A stretch of 64,000 nt of DNA from positions 79 to 64,078 of the forward strand of contig JACZWC010000018.1 in the NCBI GenBank assembly GCA_022572355.1. Reading direction: 5' to 3'. The DNA comes from Bacteroidota bacterium (GTDB lineage: Bacteria; Bacteroidota; Bacteroidia; NORP154). Under the pieces are notes generated by a model, which had not been told where the DNA came from, ran no database searches, and saw only the letters and a program-made list of their open reading frames with translations. Position 1 is the first letter of the stretch; every line of letters begins with the position of its first letter. This document shows positions 48,801 through 58,446 of this stretch, one piece after another. The translations under genes were made by a program, and so were the position numbers.

Positions 48801-51800
48801 TCTTTGCCGTGTGCCCTCCGTTGATTGTTCAATTCAATGACTTTTCCACAAATGCTAACGACACCATAATAAACTGGCTCTGGGATTTTGGTGACAGCAA
48901 TTCTACAACTGCTCAAAATCCAGTTCATACGTTTGTCAATATCGGCAGCTACGACGTACAGCTGACCGCTACAAATACCATAGGTTGTGTGGGTACGGCT
49001 ATTATTCTCGATATGATAACTGTGGCCGGTCCAACGGGATATTTTGATTTTTCACCTGATACAGGCTGCGTGCCTTTTACGGTTTCATTTTCTGCTGTCA
49101 CCAATAATGTTACGATATATCATTGGGATTTTGGTAATGGCATTGTAGATACGGTTTCAGGTTCATCCATTTCGCATACGTATTTTCAACCAGGTTATCC
49201 AATTCCTCAGTTGGCATTAACTGATTCTGCGGGATGTAAACTGCCCGCCACTTCTCCGGTTCCTTCTTTCCTCGCAATAGACGAAGTCTTTGCCAGCTTC
49301 TCCTTGTTCCCCGAAATTCTATATACCCCTTTTTGCCCGGCTGATACTATCTTTTTTACTGATTCTTCCTATTCAGTTAACGACTCAGCATTGATTACCG
49401 GATGGGCCTGGGATTTTGGCGACGGCAATTCTTCAACAGCGCAAAATCCGGTTCATACCTATAACACCCCAGGAACTTACACCGTTTCTTTGACCGCAAC
49501 CTCGTCCTTAGGTTGCTCCAATACCATTACGGACACTGTGCAGATAATACTCAATGACACGCTGGTGCTGGTGGCTATCATAACGGATTTCGTCCCCGCT
49601 TCTTGTTTTAACGGAGCTGATGGGCAAGCCACTGCAGACGGATTGAGTGGTACACCACCCTATTCATTTCTATGGGGGGCTTTGACAGGAAATCAGTCTA
49701 CACCAACAGCAACCGGACTCATTGCAGGCACGCATTCAGTAATGGTTACGGATTCTAATGGATGTACAGACTCAATCGTAGTATTGATCACTGAACCTGA
49801 TTCAATGTATTTTATAATAGATAGCATGACAAGCGTTTCCTGTAATGGGTTTTCTGATGGCAGTTTGGCCGTTTCTGCAACTGGGGGAACAGCTCCCTAT
49901 ACTTATCAATGGGATGTAGCAGCGGGCAGCCAAACAAATACTCTGGCAACCGGACTCAGCGCTGGTGGTTACCTGCTTACCGTAACCGATACAAACGGAT
50001 GCACCTTTTCGGACACAGCAACTGTCACCGAACCCGACTCAATACTTATATTGATCGACACGACAGATGTATTGTGCAATGGAGCTGATAACGGAACTGC
50101 TACAGCCAACCTAACTGGCGGAACATCTCCCTATACATATCTCTGGTCGCCTTCGGCAGGAAATCAAACAACGGCTACAGCTACAGGACTTGTTCCTGGA
50201 ACTCATTCTGTAACTGTGAGTGATTCGAATGCTTGTATCGACTCGGCATTTGTCACAATCACGGAACCGGCTGTTCTGAATGTTATTACGAACAACATTT
50301 CAAATGTATCTTGCAACGGCCTGTCAGATGGTACCATAGACGTGTTAGTAACCGGAGGAACAACTCCGTATTATTATCTATGGGATGCAGCTGCAGGAAA
50401 CCAAACAAGTTCTTTGGCCGGCAATCTCATTGCCGGAGGTTACACAATTACTGTAACAGATACCAATGGATGTGTGGCTACACACACGGATACGGTCACT
50501 GAGCCAACCGCAATAGTAATATCAATTAACACAAGTGGCGTCTCATGTAATGGCGGTAATGACGGGACAGCCACTGCCAGTCCAACAGGTGGAATACCAT
50601 CCTACGCTTATCAATGGGGCGCTTTAACCGGCAATCAAACAACTGCCACTGCAGTGGGACTAAGTGCAGGCACCTATTCAGTCACCGTAACCGATTCAAC
50701 AGGTTGTAACGACTCCGCGACTGCAGTAGTTAATGAACCTGCTCTGCTCAGTTTTGTAATAGACAGTGTATCTGACCCATCTTGCACTGGATTTACCGAT
50801 GGCAGTATATGGTGCTCTGCCACAGGGGGAACGGCTCCCTATTCTTATTTGTGGGATGCGGCGGCCGGTAACCAGACCACAGCTGTGGCGACTAACCTTA
50901 TTGCCGGAGATTATGTGCTTACTGTCACAGATTCAAATGGTTGCTCTTTTGCTGACACTACCGGTCTCACAGATCCTCCCCCACTCCTTATCTCTATTGA
51001 TACGACCGCTGTCTTATGTAATGGGGGCAGTGATGGTACGGCTACAGCGATCCCCAGTGGTGGCACGCAATCCTACACATATCTTTGGGGTTCTTCGGCT
51101 GGAAGTCAGACAAATGCCACAGCATCGGGGCTGAGTGCGGGAACTCATTCCGTTACCATAACTGACGCGAATAATTGTATAGTAGATACCCAGATCGTTA
51201 TTTCAGAACCTCCGCAATTGTCAGTTGATATCATTGAGCTCAATTCCAGCTTGTGCTTCGGTACAAGCAATGGTGAACTGGATGTACTGGTGTTGGGAGG
51301 GGTGCCAACTTATTCATATTTATGGCAGCCCGGGAATTTTACTTTTCCCAATATAAATAATCTGGCGCCGGGGAGCTATATACTCACTATAAGTGACGCT
51401 AACAATTGCCAGGCTTCAGACACTGCTGTCGTTGTTGAATTAATGCCGCTGGAAGTGGCTCTTGAAGACGATACAGTTTGCTATTTTGCTAACTACGCTC
51501 TTGGGGCGCAGCCAACTGGTAGTGCTCCGCCTTATACTTATTCATGGACCAATGGCATAAGTACATTTACGGGAAACCCTATTAACATTACACCCAGCGT
51601 ATCAGAGTTATGGACGGTAACAGTGACCGATTCTGCGGGATGTGTAACTGCAGGAGTGATCACTCTATATGTGAATGAATTGGCGGTTAGTTTGACTTTC
51701 CCAGATACGGTATGCTATGGAGACTTAGTAACCATTGTAGCTACAGCTTCCGGATCGCTATCTGGATTTAACAGCAACTATTCCTACATATGGAATACTG

Positions 51801-52741
51801 CGCATACGACTTCCTCAATTCAGGTACCAATAAACAACACCTCTACCTTTATGGTTACGGTTACGGATGGATGTTCCAAAAGCACCAATGGCGTTGCGGT
51901 GGTTAACATATTTACATTTCCCAATGTTGGAATTAAAACTACCGGCCCTGCGTGCCCATTCGAGTGGATTAGCCACACCGATACAATCAATGGATTTAAT
52001 GGCGCCACGTATGAGTGGGATTTTGGAGATGGGAACTTCGCAACCGGCCTCTCAGTGCAACATCAATATACAAATGGAGGCTACTATTATCCTTCGGTAA
52101 CAGTTACGTCTTCTATCGGATGTTCAAGGACCTATACAACACTGATTCCGGTAATTATTTATGCAACGCCTAACGTCTGGTTTGAACCAGACCTCTGGGC
52201 TGCACCCTTTGATGATCCAATTATCAATTTTTGGAATGCTTCTTGGATTACTCCTATAGACGGGGATATAATAGAGAGTTACTTTTGGGAATTTGGCGAT
52301 GGAAATACAGACACGCTTGTCAATGCAAGCAATACCTTCCCAACTTTTGGTTACTATTCTGTGACACTCACCGCGACTACCAATTACGGCTGCGAGGGCC
52401 AGGTAACAAGAGAAATACGCATCCTGGAGCCGGATATAGATCTCCTCATTCCTACAGCATTTACCCCCAATCCTTCTGGATCTTCTGCAGGCAACTACGA
52501 TCCAACTTCCTTCGACAATGATGTATTTTTTCCTATAACAAGTTATGTAGATGAGTTCTTTATGCAGATCTACAACAGATGGGGCGAGTTAATATTCGAA
52601 TCTACAGATCATGCTATTGGGTGGGACGGATATTACAGGAGTGTGTTAAGCCAGCAGGATACCTATATGTGGAAAATGAAAATAATTTGGATTACAGGAA
52701 GAGAATTTGAAGATGTAGGCCGGATTTTGTTAATCCGTTAA
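45875..52741 (+). CDS. Giant T9SS cargo: about 16 PKD-like domains, 8 SprB repeats, further Ig-like domains, and a type B (gliding-motility-associated) C-terminal sorting domain
   Basis: W(D/N)FGDG signatures recur. SprB repeats CNG..DG.A.....GGT.PY.Y.W occur 8 times (about 49570-51460). C-terminal LLIPTAFTPNPSG...YNRWGELIFES...GWDG. The ATG at 45875 is preferred over the TTG at 45866. Confidence 0.85.
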   Translation: MDFTTRRSVITLFVSILTWFSTGSVAIAQSPVADFTSDITSGCFPITVNFEDLSSNSPTSWAWNFGNGNTSTFENPSAVYSFAGDYTVTLIACNGSGCDTIINTQYITAYDYPIADFAANITYGCAPLLVQFTDLSIPISSSIVWWYWDFGDGFSSTSPNPTHAYFIPGIYNVSISITDSLGCNDSKSITNYIIVSVPPTLSYTATPATSCFAPLNTTFTNTTTQGTYPVSSWFWNFGDGFSSTSANPVHNYTSSGSFTVSLTAVDSIGCSSIRIDSNAIVVGNDSASFTYSTVRTCSSLDVSFFGAPNPNFTNWSWDFGDGSPTQTGQNINHSYTTTGTFTVVLTTTNVGGCTDTASTDISFQLLTGGFTADTTYGCSLPFNVNYSGSAVGTPPYTWAWDFSYEQSMGFMNESTLQNPSYAYTYEDTFDVKMIVTDAFGCTDEMTLMGSNDSIWVLRSDPNFFRSPWQGCAPLSVSFTDNSVVYMGSIASWAWNFDDPVSGSNNTSSLQNPAHTFDSVGVYSVTLTMTNTLGCIESVTRTVRTGYPPLADSITISKDTACHGEPVLLEAFSTDTNINGGMCNFGDGYSGSGWPAISHEFQDTGLITISLRPVYNGCPGDTLVYGTIYILPPKPIFTATPVFSCTPPLTVTFTNTSWDADSSSWDFGDGTPLSTTVSPVHIYTTPGRHVVWLTVTNVNGCLDSDSTRINIPQPTANFSATPTVGCTPLTVNFTDFSFNYISLWVYRIVSWSWDFGDGNVSSQRYPIHTYTTTGSFTVTLTITDAVGCTHTLVKTDEIITSATTAEFTASPTVGCEPLTVTFTDQSIQYSPILSWSWDFGDGSPLNSTPSPTHDYISSGSYDVVLTVTDSIGCVNTMTKSSYVNLTKPNPQFTHPARVCKNESTSFINTTSGSGLSYLWDFGDLVTTTSQNPFHSYSDTGLYTVTLIATDSNGCSDTGTSQIECIGQPVINFSVDSFFAVCPPLIVQFNDFSTNANDTIINWLWDFGDSNSTTAQNPVHTFVNIGSYDVQLTATNTIGCVGTAIILDMITVAGPTGYFDFSPDTGCVPFTVSFSAVTNNVTIYHWDFGNGIVDTVSGSSISHTYFQPGYPIPQLALTDSAGCKLPATSPVPSFLAIDEVFASFSLFPEILYTPFCPADTIFFTDSSYSVNDSALITGWAWDFGDGNSSTAQNPVHTYNTPGTYTVSLTATSSLGCSNTITDTVQIILNDTLVLVAIITDFVPASCFNGADGQATADGLSGTPPYSFLWGALTGNQSTPTATGLIAGTHSVMVTDSNGCTDSIVVLITEPDSMYFIIDSMTSVSCNGFSDGSLAVSATGGTAPYTYQWDVAAGSQTNTLATGLSAGGYLLTVTDTNGCTFSDTATVTEPDSILILIDTTDVLCNGADNGTATANLTGGTSPYTYLWSPSAGNQTTATATGLVPGTHSVTVSDSNACIDSAFVTITEPAVLNVITNNISNVSCNGLSDGTIDVLVTGGTTPYYYLWDAAAGNQTSSLAGNLIAGGYTITVTDTNGCVATHTDTVTEPTAIVISINTSGVSCNGGNDGTATASPTGGIPSYAYQWGALTGNQTTATAVGLSAGTYSVTVTDSTGCNDSATAVVNEPALLSFVIDSVSDPSCTGFTDGSIWCSATGGTAPYSYLWDAAAGNQTTAVATNLIAGDYVLTVTDSNGCSFADTTGLTDPPPLLISIDTTAVLCNGGSDGTATAIPSGGTQSYTYLWGSSAGSQTNATASGLSAGTHSVTITDANNCIVDTQIVISEPPQLSVDIIELNSSLCFGTSNGELDVLVLGGVPTYSYLWQPGNFTFPNINNLAPGSYILTISDANNCQASDTAVVVELMPLEVALEDDTVCYFANYALGAQPTGSAPPYTYSWTNGISTFTGNPINITPSVSELWTVTVTDSAGCVTAGVITLYVNELAVSLTFPDTVCYGDLVTIVATASGSLSGFNSNYSYIWNTAHTTSSIQVPINNTSTFMVTVTDGCSKSTNGVAVVNIFTFPNVGIKTTGPACPFEWISHTDTINGFNGATYEWDFGDGNFATGLSVQHQYTNGGYYYPSVTVTSSIGCSRTYTTLIPVIIYATPNVWFEPDLWAAPFDDPIINFWNASWITPIDGDIIESYFWEFGDGNTDTLVNASNTFPTFGYYSVTLTATTNYGCEGQVTREIRILEPDIDLLIPTAFTPNPSGSSAGNYDPTSFDNDVFFPITSYVDEFFMQIYNRWGELIFESTDHAIGWDGYYRSVLSQQDTYMWKMKIIWITGREFEDVGRILLIR

Positions 52742-52799
52742 TGAGTTTTGTTTTTAAATGAAAGATCAATAAAGAATAACAGGCAACGAGTAAAAAATT

Positions 52800-53957
52800 A
52801 TGTTTAGGTCATTTATTACAGTTTTTTTGATTCTCCTGATGGGTAGCATTTGCACAATCTGCTACGGCCAGGAGATTCAATTTTCTCAGTACCGGTCATT
52901 CCCGTTATATGTGAATCCTGCACTGACAGGGAATATTGAACAACAAAGAATTTCATTTGTTTCGCGAAATCAGTGGGTTAGCATTAAAGGTGCATTTAAC
53001 ACAGTTGGATTTTCTTACGATGTTCACTGGAAGAAAATTAAAAGCGGACTTGGATTGATCGTAGCACAGGACGAAACCTCAAATGGTGGATTTTCAACCT
53101 TCACAGCGGGTGGCCTGTACTCCTATCATATTCGTATAAGCAGGACATTATATCTCAATTCCGGGTTGCGCGTCTCCTTTGTACAACAAAAACTAAATCC
53201 TGACAAACTAACATTTGCAGATCAACTTATCAGGAATGACGGCAGTGCTACATATGAAACGTTTGGTAAAAGAACGAATAATTTTGTGGATTTTTCCTGG
53301 GGTAATGTCCTCTTCTTTTCAGATTCATCTTCACAGGCCAAGAGCTACTGGTTCGGATTTGTCCTGGACCATTTGAGTACTCCTCAAATTTCATTTAAGG
53401 ATTATGATGGAAAGCTACCGATGAAATTTACCATTCATGCAGGAGCACAGTATCGATTAAATCAAAATGAAATAGGTTTTCCTGAAAACGTTATTTCCTT
53501 TTCATTTCTCTACAAGTCACAATTGAAATGGGATCAAGCAGAGTTGGGTGCTTCATTTATAAGGCGTTTGCCTCATAAGAAAAGAACACTGGTTGAATGG
53601 AAAAAGGTCCAAGCGAAATTTGAACCATCCTACAAACAAAATTTCGGAAAAATATCTCGTTCTGAAATGCCTATGCCGCTCGTATATTTAGAAGTGGGTT
53701 TAACTTACCGGGGATTACCGTTCATTAAAAAATATGATACCGGGTATCCAAATCATGAGGCAGTGATTCTTCTGGTGGGATTCAGCTATTACAAATTTAT
53801 GATGGCATACACATTTGACATCACTATTTCAAAGCTAAAAATATCGAATACCGGTGGTGCTCATGAATTATCACTGGTATATAATTTCGCTATACCAGCA
53901 TCCGAAAAACGAGAAGTCAAGAAGAAAGCCAAGAAGCGGCGAGCGTTATTTGACTGA
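52800..53957 (+). CDS. PorP/SprF family T9SS membrane protein
   Basis: N-terminus QEIQFSQYRSFPLYVNPALTG matches the PorP/SprF signature. It sits immediately downstream of a type B CTD cargo gene, the usual pairing. Confidence 0.85.
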   Translation: MFRSFITVFLILLMGSICTICYGQEIQFSQYRSFPLYVNPALTGNIEQQRISFVSRNQWVSIKGAFNTVGFSYDVHWKKIKSGLGLIVAQDETSNGGFSTFTAGGLYSYHIRISRTLYLNSGLRVSFVQQKLNPDKLTFADQLIRNDGSATYETFGKRTNNFVDFSWGNVLFFSDSSSQAKSYWFGFVLDHLSTPQISFKDYDGKLPMKFTIHAGAQYRLNQNEIGFPENVISFSFLYKSQLKWDQAELGASFIRRLPHKKRTLVEWKKVQAKFEPSYKQNFGKISRSEMPMPLVYLEVGLTYRGLPFIKKYDTGYPNHEAVILLVGFSYYKFMMAYTFDITISKLKISNTGGAHELSLVYNFAIPASEKREVKKKAKKRRALFD

Positions 53958-53996
53958 TAAACATTCCTGGGCAAATATTCCGGAGGAGAAACTTGC

Positions 53997-54389
53997 TTAT
54001 TTCCTGGTAACGACTTCGTAAGTGTCTATTCCCATTACCTTAAGGCCGTTGTCAAAGCTCATAAAAACATTATAGCCTTCCTGGCCGTCTATAGAAGTGT
54101 GGTATTCAAAGCTAAACCCTAGCTGAAGCAGTTCATTTCTGGTTACGGAAATTTTGGGAACAGAATTCTTCTCAATCACGTCATCGAGGATTTCACAGTT
54201 TTTGATAAGCCGATCAACCACATTCTTATAGCGGTTATACTTTTCACCCTCTGCCTCTTCATTTTGCCTCTTGATGTCTGCATGATATAATGCCTTGTGA
54301 CCTGGCAGGCAAAACTTTGAATTGAGTCTTCCCTCATACTGTTCACCACAATAGAGACATGTTTTCTTATAAGGATAAGTTCCTTTCAT
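53997..54389 (-). CDS. Hypothetical protein with N-terminal zinc-ribbon-like CxxC...CxxxH
   Basis: 130 aa, CLYCGEQYEGRLNSKFCLPGH. No family recognised. Confidence 0.55.
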   Translation of the reverse strand: MKGTYPYKKTCLYCGEQYEGRLNSKFCLPGHKALYHADIKRQNEEAEGEKYNRYKNVVDRLIKNCEILDDVIEKNSVPKISVTRNELLQLGFSFEYHTSIDGQEGYNVFMSFDNGLKVMGIDTYEVVTRK

Positions 54390-54424
54390 AATTGTGTATT
54401 TATCGGTTATATTCGTAATGTTTC

Positions 54425-54444
54425 GTAAATATACGTATATTTAC
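54425..54444. promoter_or_regulatory. Perfect 20-bp palindrome GTAAATATACGTATATTTAC, a candidate operator upstream of ORF 53997..54389
   Basis: Self-complementary by inspection. It is nested inside an outer 8-nt inverted repeat AATTGTGT (54390-54397) / ACACAATT (54452-54459). Confidence 0.45.
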
Positions 54445-54606
54445 ATATAAAACACAATTGATTCACCTAAAGGGAGCTAGCCTATCACAAAGGGATTCCA
54501 ATACCTAGAAAGGAATGTGTAATTATGAGCCGATTATAGCTCTTCAAGAAAATTGCAGTACATTGTTCTAAGCGACCTCGGAGGCTACAATCATTGTATT
54601 GCAGCT

Positions 54607-56376
54607 CTAATTCCGCTTTCTCCGGTCCCGACGACCTCCGAAGCCCTTGTTTTTATTCCAGGCACCTCTCTTTTTGTCCTTCTTTTTGCTTCTAAACTGA
54701 TCTGAAGGCCTGCTCTTGTCGAAAAAGCGACCTTTGGGCTTCTCTTGTGAAGGCTCAACTATTAGTGACACGCCATCGTGAGATTGGCCTTTGAGTGCAT
54801 TAATAAGTGTATTGGCTTTCGAGCTATCTAGCTCAAAAAACGAAAAGGTTTTCATCACTTCAATCTTACCTACTTCCACGTCCCCAGAGTCCAGGCCTTC
54901 ATTGATAAGACCAATCAATCGTGCTGGTGTTAATTTGTTTTTGGATCCAATATTGATGAACAACCTCGTTAAAACAGATCTTCTTCTATCACTTCCGGCG
55001 TTTCTGTCACCTCTATCTCTTTTACCCCGACGCTCTTCACGCTCGTTTCCCGGGGCAGATATATCCCTGGCATTTTTATAATAATTTAAGAATCGGTTGA
55101 ACTCTGCAGAAACAAAATGTTTAATCAACTCCTCTCTATTCAAATGCTCCAGCTTGTCGTAAATCGTTTGTAAAAATGGTTCGATCTGCTTTTCGTCCAC
55201 CTGGACTTTTTCTATTTTATCAATAAGAGCGAATAACTGTACAGTACAAATGTCCTTACCGCTGGGCACCTGTTCCCTGCTGAACTTTATCCCGAACTTA
55301 CGTTCAATTTCATTGATCTTATTCGTTTCCCGAGTGTGAATCAACACGATAGAGATGCCGCTTTTCCCGGCTCTTCCCGTTCTCCCGCTTCTGTGTACAT
55401 AAACCTCGGCTTCATCTGGCAAATTATAATTAACAATATGTGTAAGGTCGTCCACATCCAATCCTCTCGCAGCGACATCAGTCGCTACCAATAATTGCAG
55501 ATGGCGCTTTCTGAATCTCCCCATTACTTCATCACGCTGTGCTTGTGATAAGTCACCATGCAAAGCGTCGGCATTGTAACCGTCTTGTATTAGTTTATTC
55601 GCTATGTCTTTAGTTTCCCGACGCGTACGACAAAACACAATCCCATAAATTGTTGGATTTACATCTGCGATTCGCTTCAGCAATTCATACCTGTTTTTAG
55701 CCTGAACCATATAATACAAGTGTGTCACATTCTCTGCACCTATATTTTCCCTAGAAGCTGAAATCTCCACAGCATCGTTCATATAATTATTTGTAATGTT
55801 GGTAACCGCCTTGGAAATAGTAGCTGAGAAGAGCAGGGTTTGCTTTTCCCGGGGTGTCTCCCCCAATATCGCTTCGAGATCTTCTTTAAATCCCATGGTC
55901 AGCATCTCATCCGCTTCGTCGAGCACTACGCGCACTACATTTTTTAGCAACAATTTTTTTCGTCTAATAAGGTCCTTTGTTCTGCCAGGCGTACCTACAA
56001 CAATATGAGCTCCTCTGTTTAAGGCTTTCATTTGTGGCTCGATACTGGCTCCACCATACACTGCAACAACATTCAATCCACTACTGTGTTTGGCAAAATT
56101 CTTAAGATCGCTGGCAATTTGCACACAGAGTTCCCTTGTTGGACACAGCACCAAGGTTTGTGTTCTTTTCTCATCAATATTTGTGAGTTGAATTGCAGGC
56201 AAGCCAAAAGCCGCAGTTTTGCCAGTACCCGTCTGAGCTGCGGCAATCAAATCCTGATTTGTTGTTAAAATATGCGGAATGGTAGTGGCTTGTATAGGTG
56301 TTGGTTTCTCAAAGCCAAGCTCCTCAATCGCTTTTAGCAATCCACCCTTCAATCCTATCTCTTCGAACGAGTTCAT
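54607..56376 (-). CDS. deaD: DEAD-box ATP-dependent RNA helicase with DbpA-type C-terminal RNA-binding domain and Arg/Lys-rich tail
   Basis: AQTGTGKTAAF, VLDEADEML, SAT and HRSGRTGRAG motifs. Confidence 0.9.
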   Translation of the reverse strand: MNSFEEIGLKGGLLKAIEELGFEKPTPIQATTIPHILTTNQDLIAAAQTGTGKTAAFGLPAIQLTNIDEKRTQTLVLCPTRELCVQIASDLKNFAKHSSGLNVVAVYGGASIEPQMKALNRGAHIVVGTPGRTKDLIRRKKLLLKNVVRVVLDEADEMLTMGFKEDLEAILGETPREKQTLLFSATISKAVTNITNNYMNDAVEISASRENIGAENVTHLYYMVQAKNRYELLKRIADVNPTIYGIVFCRTRRETKDIANKLIQDGYNADALHGDLSQAQRDEVMGRFRKRHLQLLVATDVAARGLDVDDLTHIVNYNLPDEAEVYVHRSGRTGRAGKSGISIVLIHTRETNKINEIERKFGIKFSREQVPSGKDICTVQLFALIDKIEKVQVDEKQIEPFLQTIYDKLEHLNREELIKHFVSAEFNRFLNYYKNARDISAPGNEREERRGKRDRGDRNAGSDRRRSVLTRLFINIGSKNKLTPARLIGLINEGLDSGDVEVGKIEVMKTFSFFELDSSKANTLINALKGQSHDGVSLIVEPSQEKPKGRFFDKSRPSDQFRSKKKDKKRGAWNKNKGFGGRRDRRKRN

Positions 56377-56379
56377 ACC

Positions 56380-58194
56380 TTAACCTTCTTTACTTTCAGC
56401 ATTTCTCTTTCTCTTCCTATCATGCTCATTTAGCAATATCTTTCTCAAACGAATTGCCTTAGGAGTTACCTCAACATATTCGTCTTCTCCGATGTACTCC
56501 ATCGATTCCTCTAAGGAGAATTTAATAGCGGGAGCAATGTTCATCTTTTCATCCGTTCCAGCAGCGCGCATATTGGATAACTTCTTAGTCTTGATCAAAT
56601 TCACAATAAGATCATCCTGTCTTGTACTCTCACCAATAACCTGCCCTGAGTAAATCTTGTCATTTGGATCTACGAAGAACTTGCCTCTGTCTTGCAACTT
56701 ATTAATTGAAAATTCGATAGCTGTTCCGGTTTCCATCGCAATCAATGCACCATTTTTTTTATTTTGTATTTCACCCTTCCATGGTTCATAACCACTAAAT
56801 CTGTGAGAGATTACTGCTTCGCCCTTTGTAGCAGTAAGCATTGGGTTGGTAAGGCCAATTAATCCCCTGGCTGTTATCTTGAACTCAAGATTTATCCTGT
56901 CATTCTTCGTCTCAATATTTAGAATATCTCCTTTGCGTTTAGTAACTATTTCTATAACTTTTCCCGAGAGTTCTTCAGGAACACTCACAGTTAACAGCTC
57001 AACCGGTTCGTGTTTGAATCCATCTATTTCCTTTATCACCACCTTAGGCTGTCCTAATTGTAATTCATAACCCTCTCTCCTCATCGTTTCAACAAGAATG
57101 GCTAAATGAAGAATACCTCTACCAAAAACAATCAATTTATCTGGTGAATCCGTTTCTTCAACTCTTAGGGCGAGATTCTTTTCTGTTTCTTTGAATAACC
57201 TTTCCCTGATATGGCGTGATGTTACAAATTTTCCATCCTGGCCAAAAAATGGTGAGTTGTTGATGGTAAACATCATGCTCATTGCAGGTTCATCAATGGA
57301 GATTGGATCAAGTCCCTCAGGTTCTTCAAAATCAGCAATTGTATCTCCAATATCGAATTTTTCCAGTCCCATAATTGCAACTATTTCACCTGATTTTACC
57401 TCTTCCTTGGTTTTCTCCTTCCCGAGCCCTTCAAAAACATAGAGCTCCTTGACTACTGATTTACTGATTTGGCCATCTCTGTGAACAATCGAAACCTGAT
57501 CACCCATTTTAATTTTTCCCCTTCGGACCCTTCCAACGGCAATCCTACCTGTGTAAGAAGAGTAGTCCAACGAGCTAATCTGTATCTGCAAGCTGCCGGG
57601 CAGGTCCTCCGGTGGATCAAGATAGTCAACAATCGTATCCAGCAAATAAGTAATATCATCCGTGGGAGTCTTCCAGTCCGCGGCCATCCATCCTTGTTTA
57701 GACGACCCATATACAGTAGGATAATTCAACTGCTCTTCCGTGGCATCCAGGGAAAACATTAATTCAAAGACCTGCTCACTGGCCTCCTCAGGATTACAAT
57801 TTGGTTTGTCAACCTTGTTAATCACCACAATTGGCTTCAAACCAAGCGCCAACGCTTTTTGCAAAACAAATCGAGTTTGAGGCATTGGCCCCTCGAAGGC
57901 ATCTACGAGCAAAATTACTCCATCAGCCATGTTTAACACCCGTTCTACTTCTCCTCCAAAATCCGAATGACCGGGAGTATCGATGATATTTATCTTTGTT
58001 CCGTTATACCTTACCGATACGTTCTTGGACAAAATTGTTATCCCCCGCTCTCTCTCTAAATCATTTGAATCCAGAATCAACTCCCCCACCTCCTCGTTAT
58101 CCCTGAACAACTTCACCTGATGCAGAATTCTGTCGACCATCGTAGTCTTACCGTGATCAACATGCGCTATGATTGCTACATTTCTTAAATCCAT
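56380..58194 (-). CDS. typA: Translational GTPase TypA/BipA
   Basis: NVAIIAHVDHGKTT, DTPGHSDF and NKVD motifs, 604 aa. Confidence 0.95.
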   Translation of the reverse strand: MDLRNVAIIAHVDHGKTTMVDRILHQVKLFRDNEEVGELILDSNDLERERGITILSKNVSVRYNGTKINIIDTPGHSDFGGEVERVLNMADGVILLVDAFEGPMPQTRFVLQKALALGLKPIVVINKVDKPNCNPEEASEQVFELMFSLDATEEQLNYPTVYGSSKQGWMAADWKTPTDDITYLLDTIVDYLDPPEDLPGSLQIQISSLDYSSYTGRIAVGRVRRGKIKMGDQVSIVHRDGQISKSVVKELYVFEGLGKEKTKEEVKSGEIVAIMGLEKFDIGDTIADFEEPEGLDPISIDEPAMSMMFTINNSPFFGQDGKFVTSRHIRERLFKETEKNLALRVEETDSPDKLIVFGRGILHLAILVETMRREGYELQLGQPKVVIKEIDGFKHEPVELLTVSVPEELSGKVIEIVTKRKGDILNIETKNDRINLEFKITARGLIGLTNPMLTATKGEAVISHRFSGYEPWKGEIQNKKNGALIAMETGTAIEFSINKLQDRGKFFVDPNDKIYSGQVIGESTRQDDLIVNLIKTKKLSNMRAAGTDEKMNIAPAIKFSLEESMEYIGEDEYVEVTPKAIRLRKILLNEHDRKRKRNAESKEG

Positions 58195-58222
58195 ACTATT
58201 CTCTTGTTACTCAAAAAGCCTA

Positions 58223-58230
58223 CAAAAGTA
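58223..58230 (-). promoter_or_regulatory. -7 promoter box (minus strand TACTTTTG) for typA-deaD
   Basis: Plus-strand CAAAAGTA lies 29 nt upstream of the ATG at 58194. Confidence 0.5.
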
Positions 58231-58326
58231 GTCTATTGTAGCGATCAGAGGGAATTGCATATTGAAAGGAATGAAATGTCGCCACTCATCAGAGTAATTG
58301 AGCTCTATTACCCAACTTCAAAAGCA

Positions 58327-58346
58327 GTAAATCCAGCTGGGTTTAC
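58327..58346. promoter_or_regulatory. Near-perfect 20-bp palindrome GTAAATCCAGCTGGGTTTAC in a divergent intergenic region
   Basis: One mismatch to perfect dyad symmetry. It shares outer half-sites GTAAAT...TTTAC and identical spacing with the palindrome at 54425-54444. Confidence 0.4.
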
Positions 58347-58446
58347 CTTTATCATCAATAACTTGTTAATAAAATCAGTGCTCCCAACGTTGAATCTACT
58401 GTAACTGAGGTTAAATTTATCAGAGCAAACAATAAATATCTCAGAT

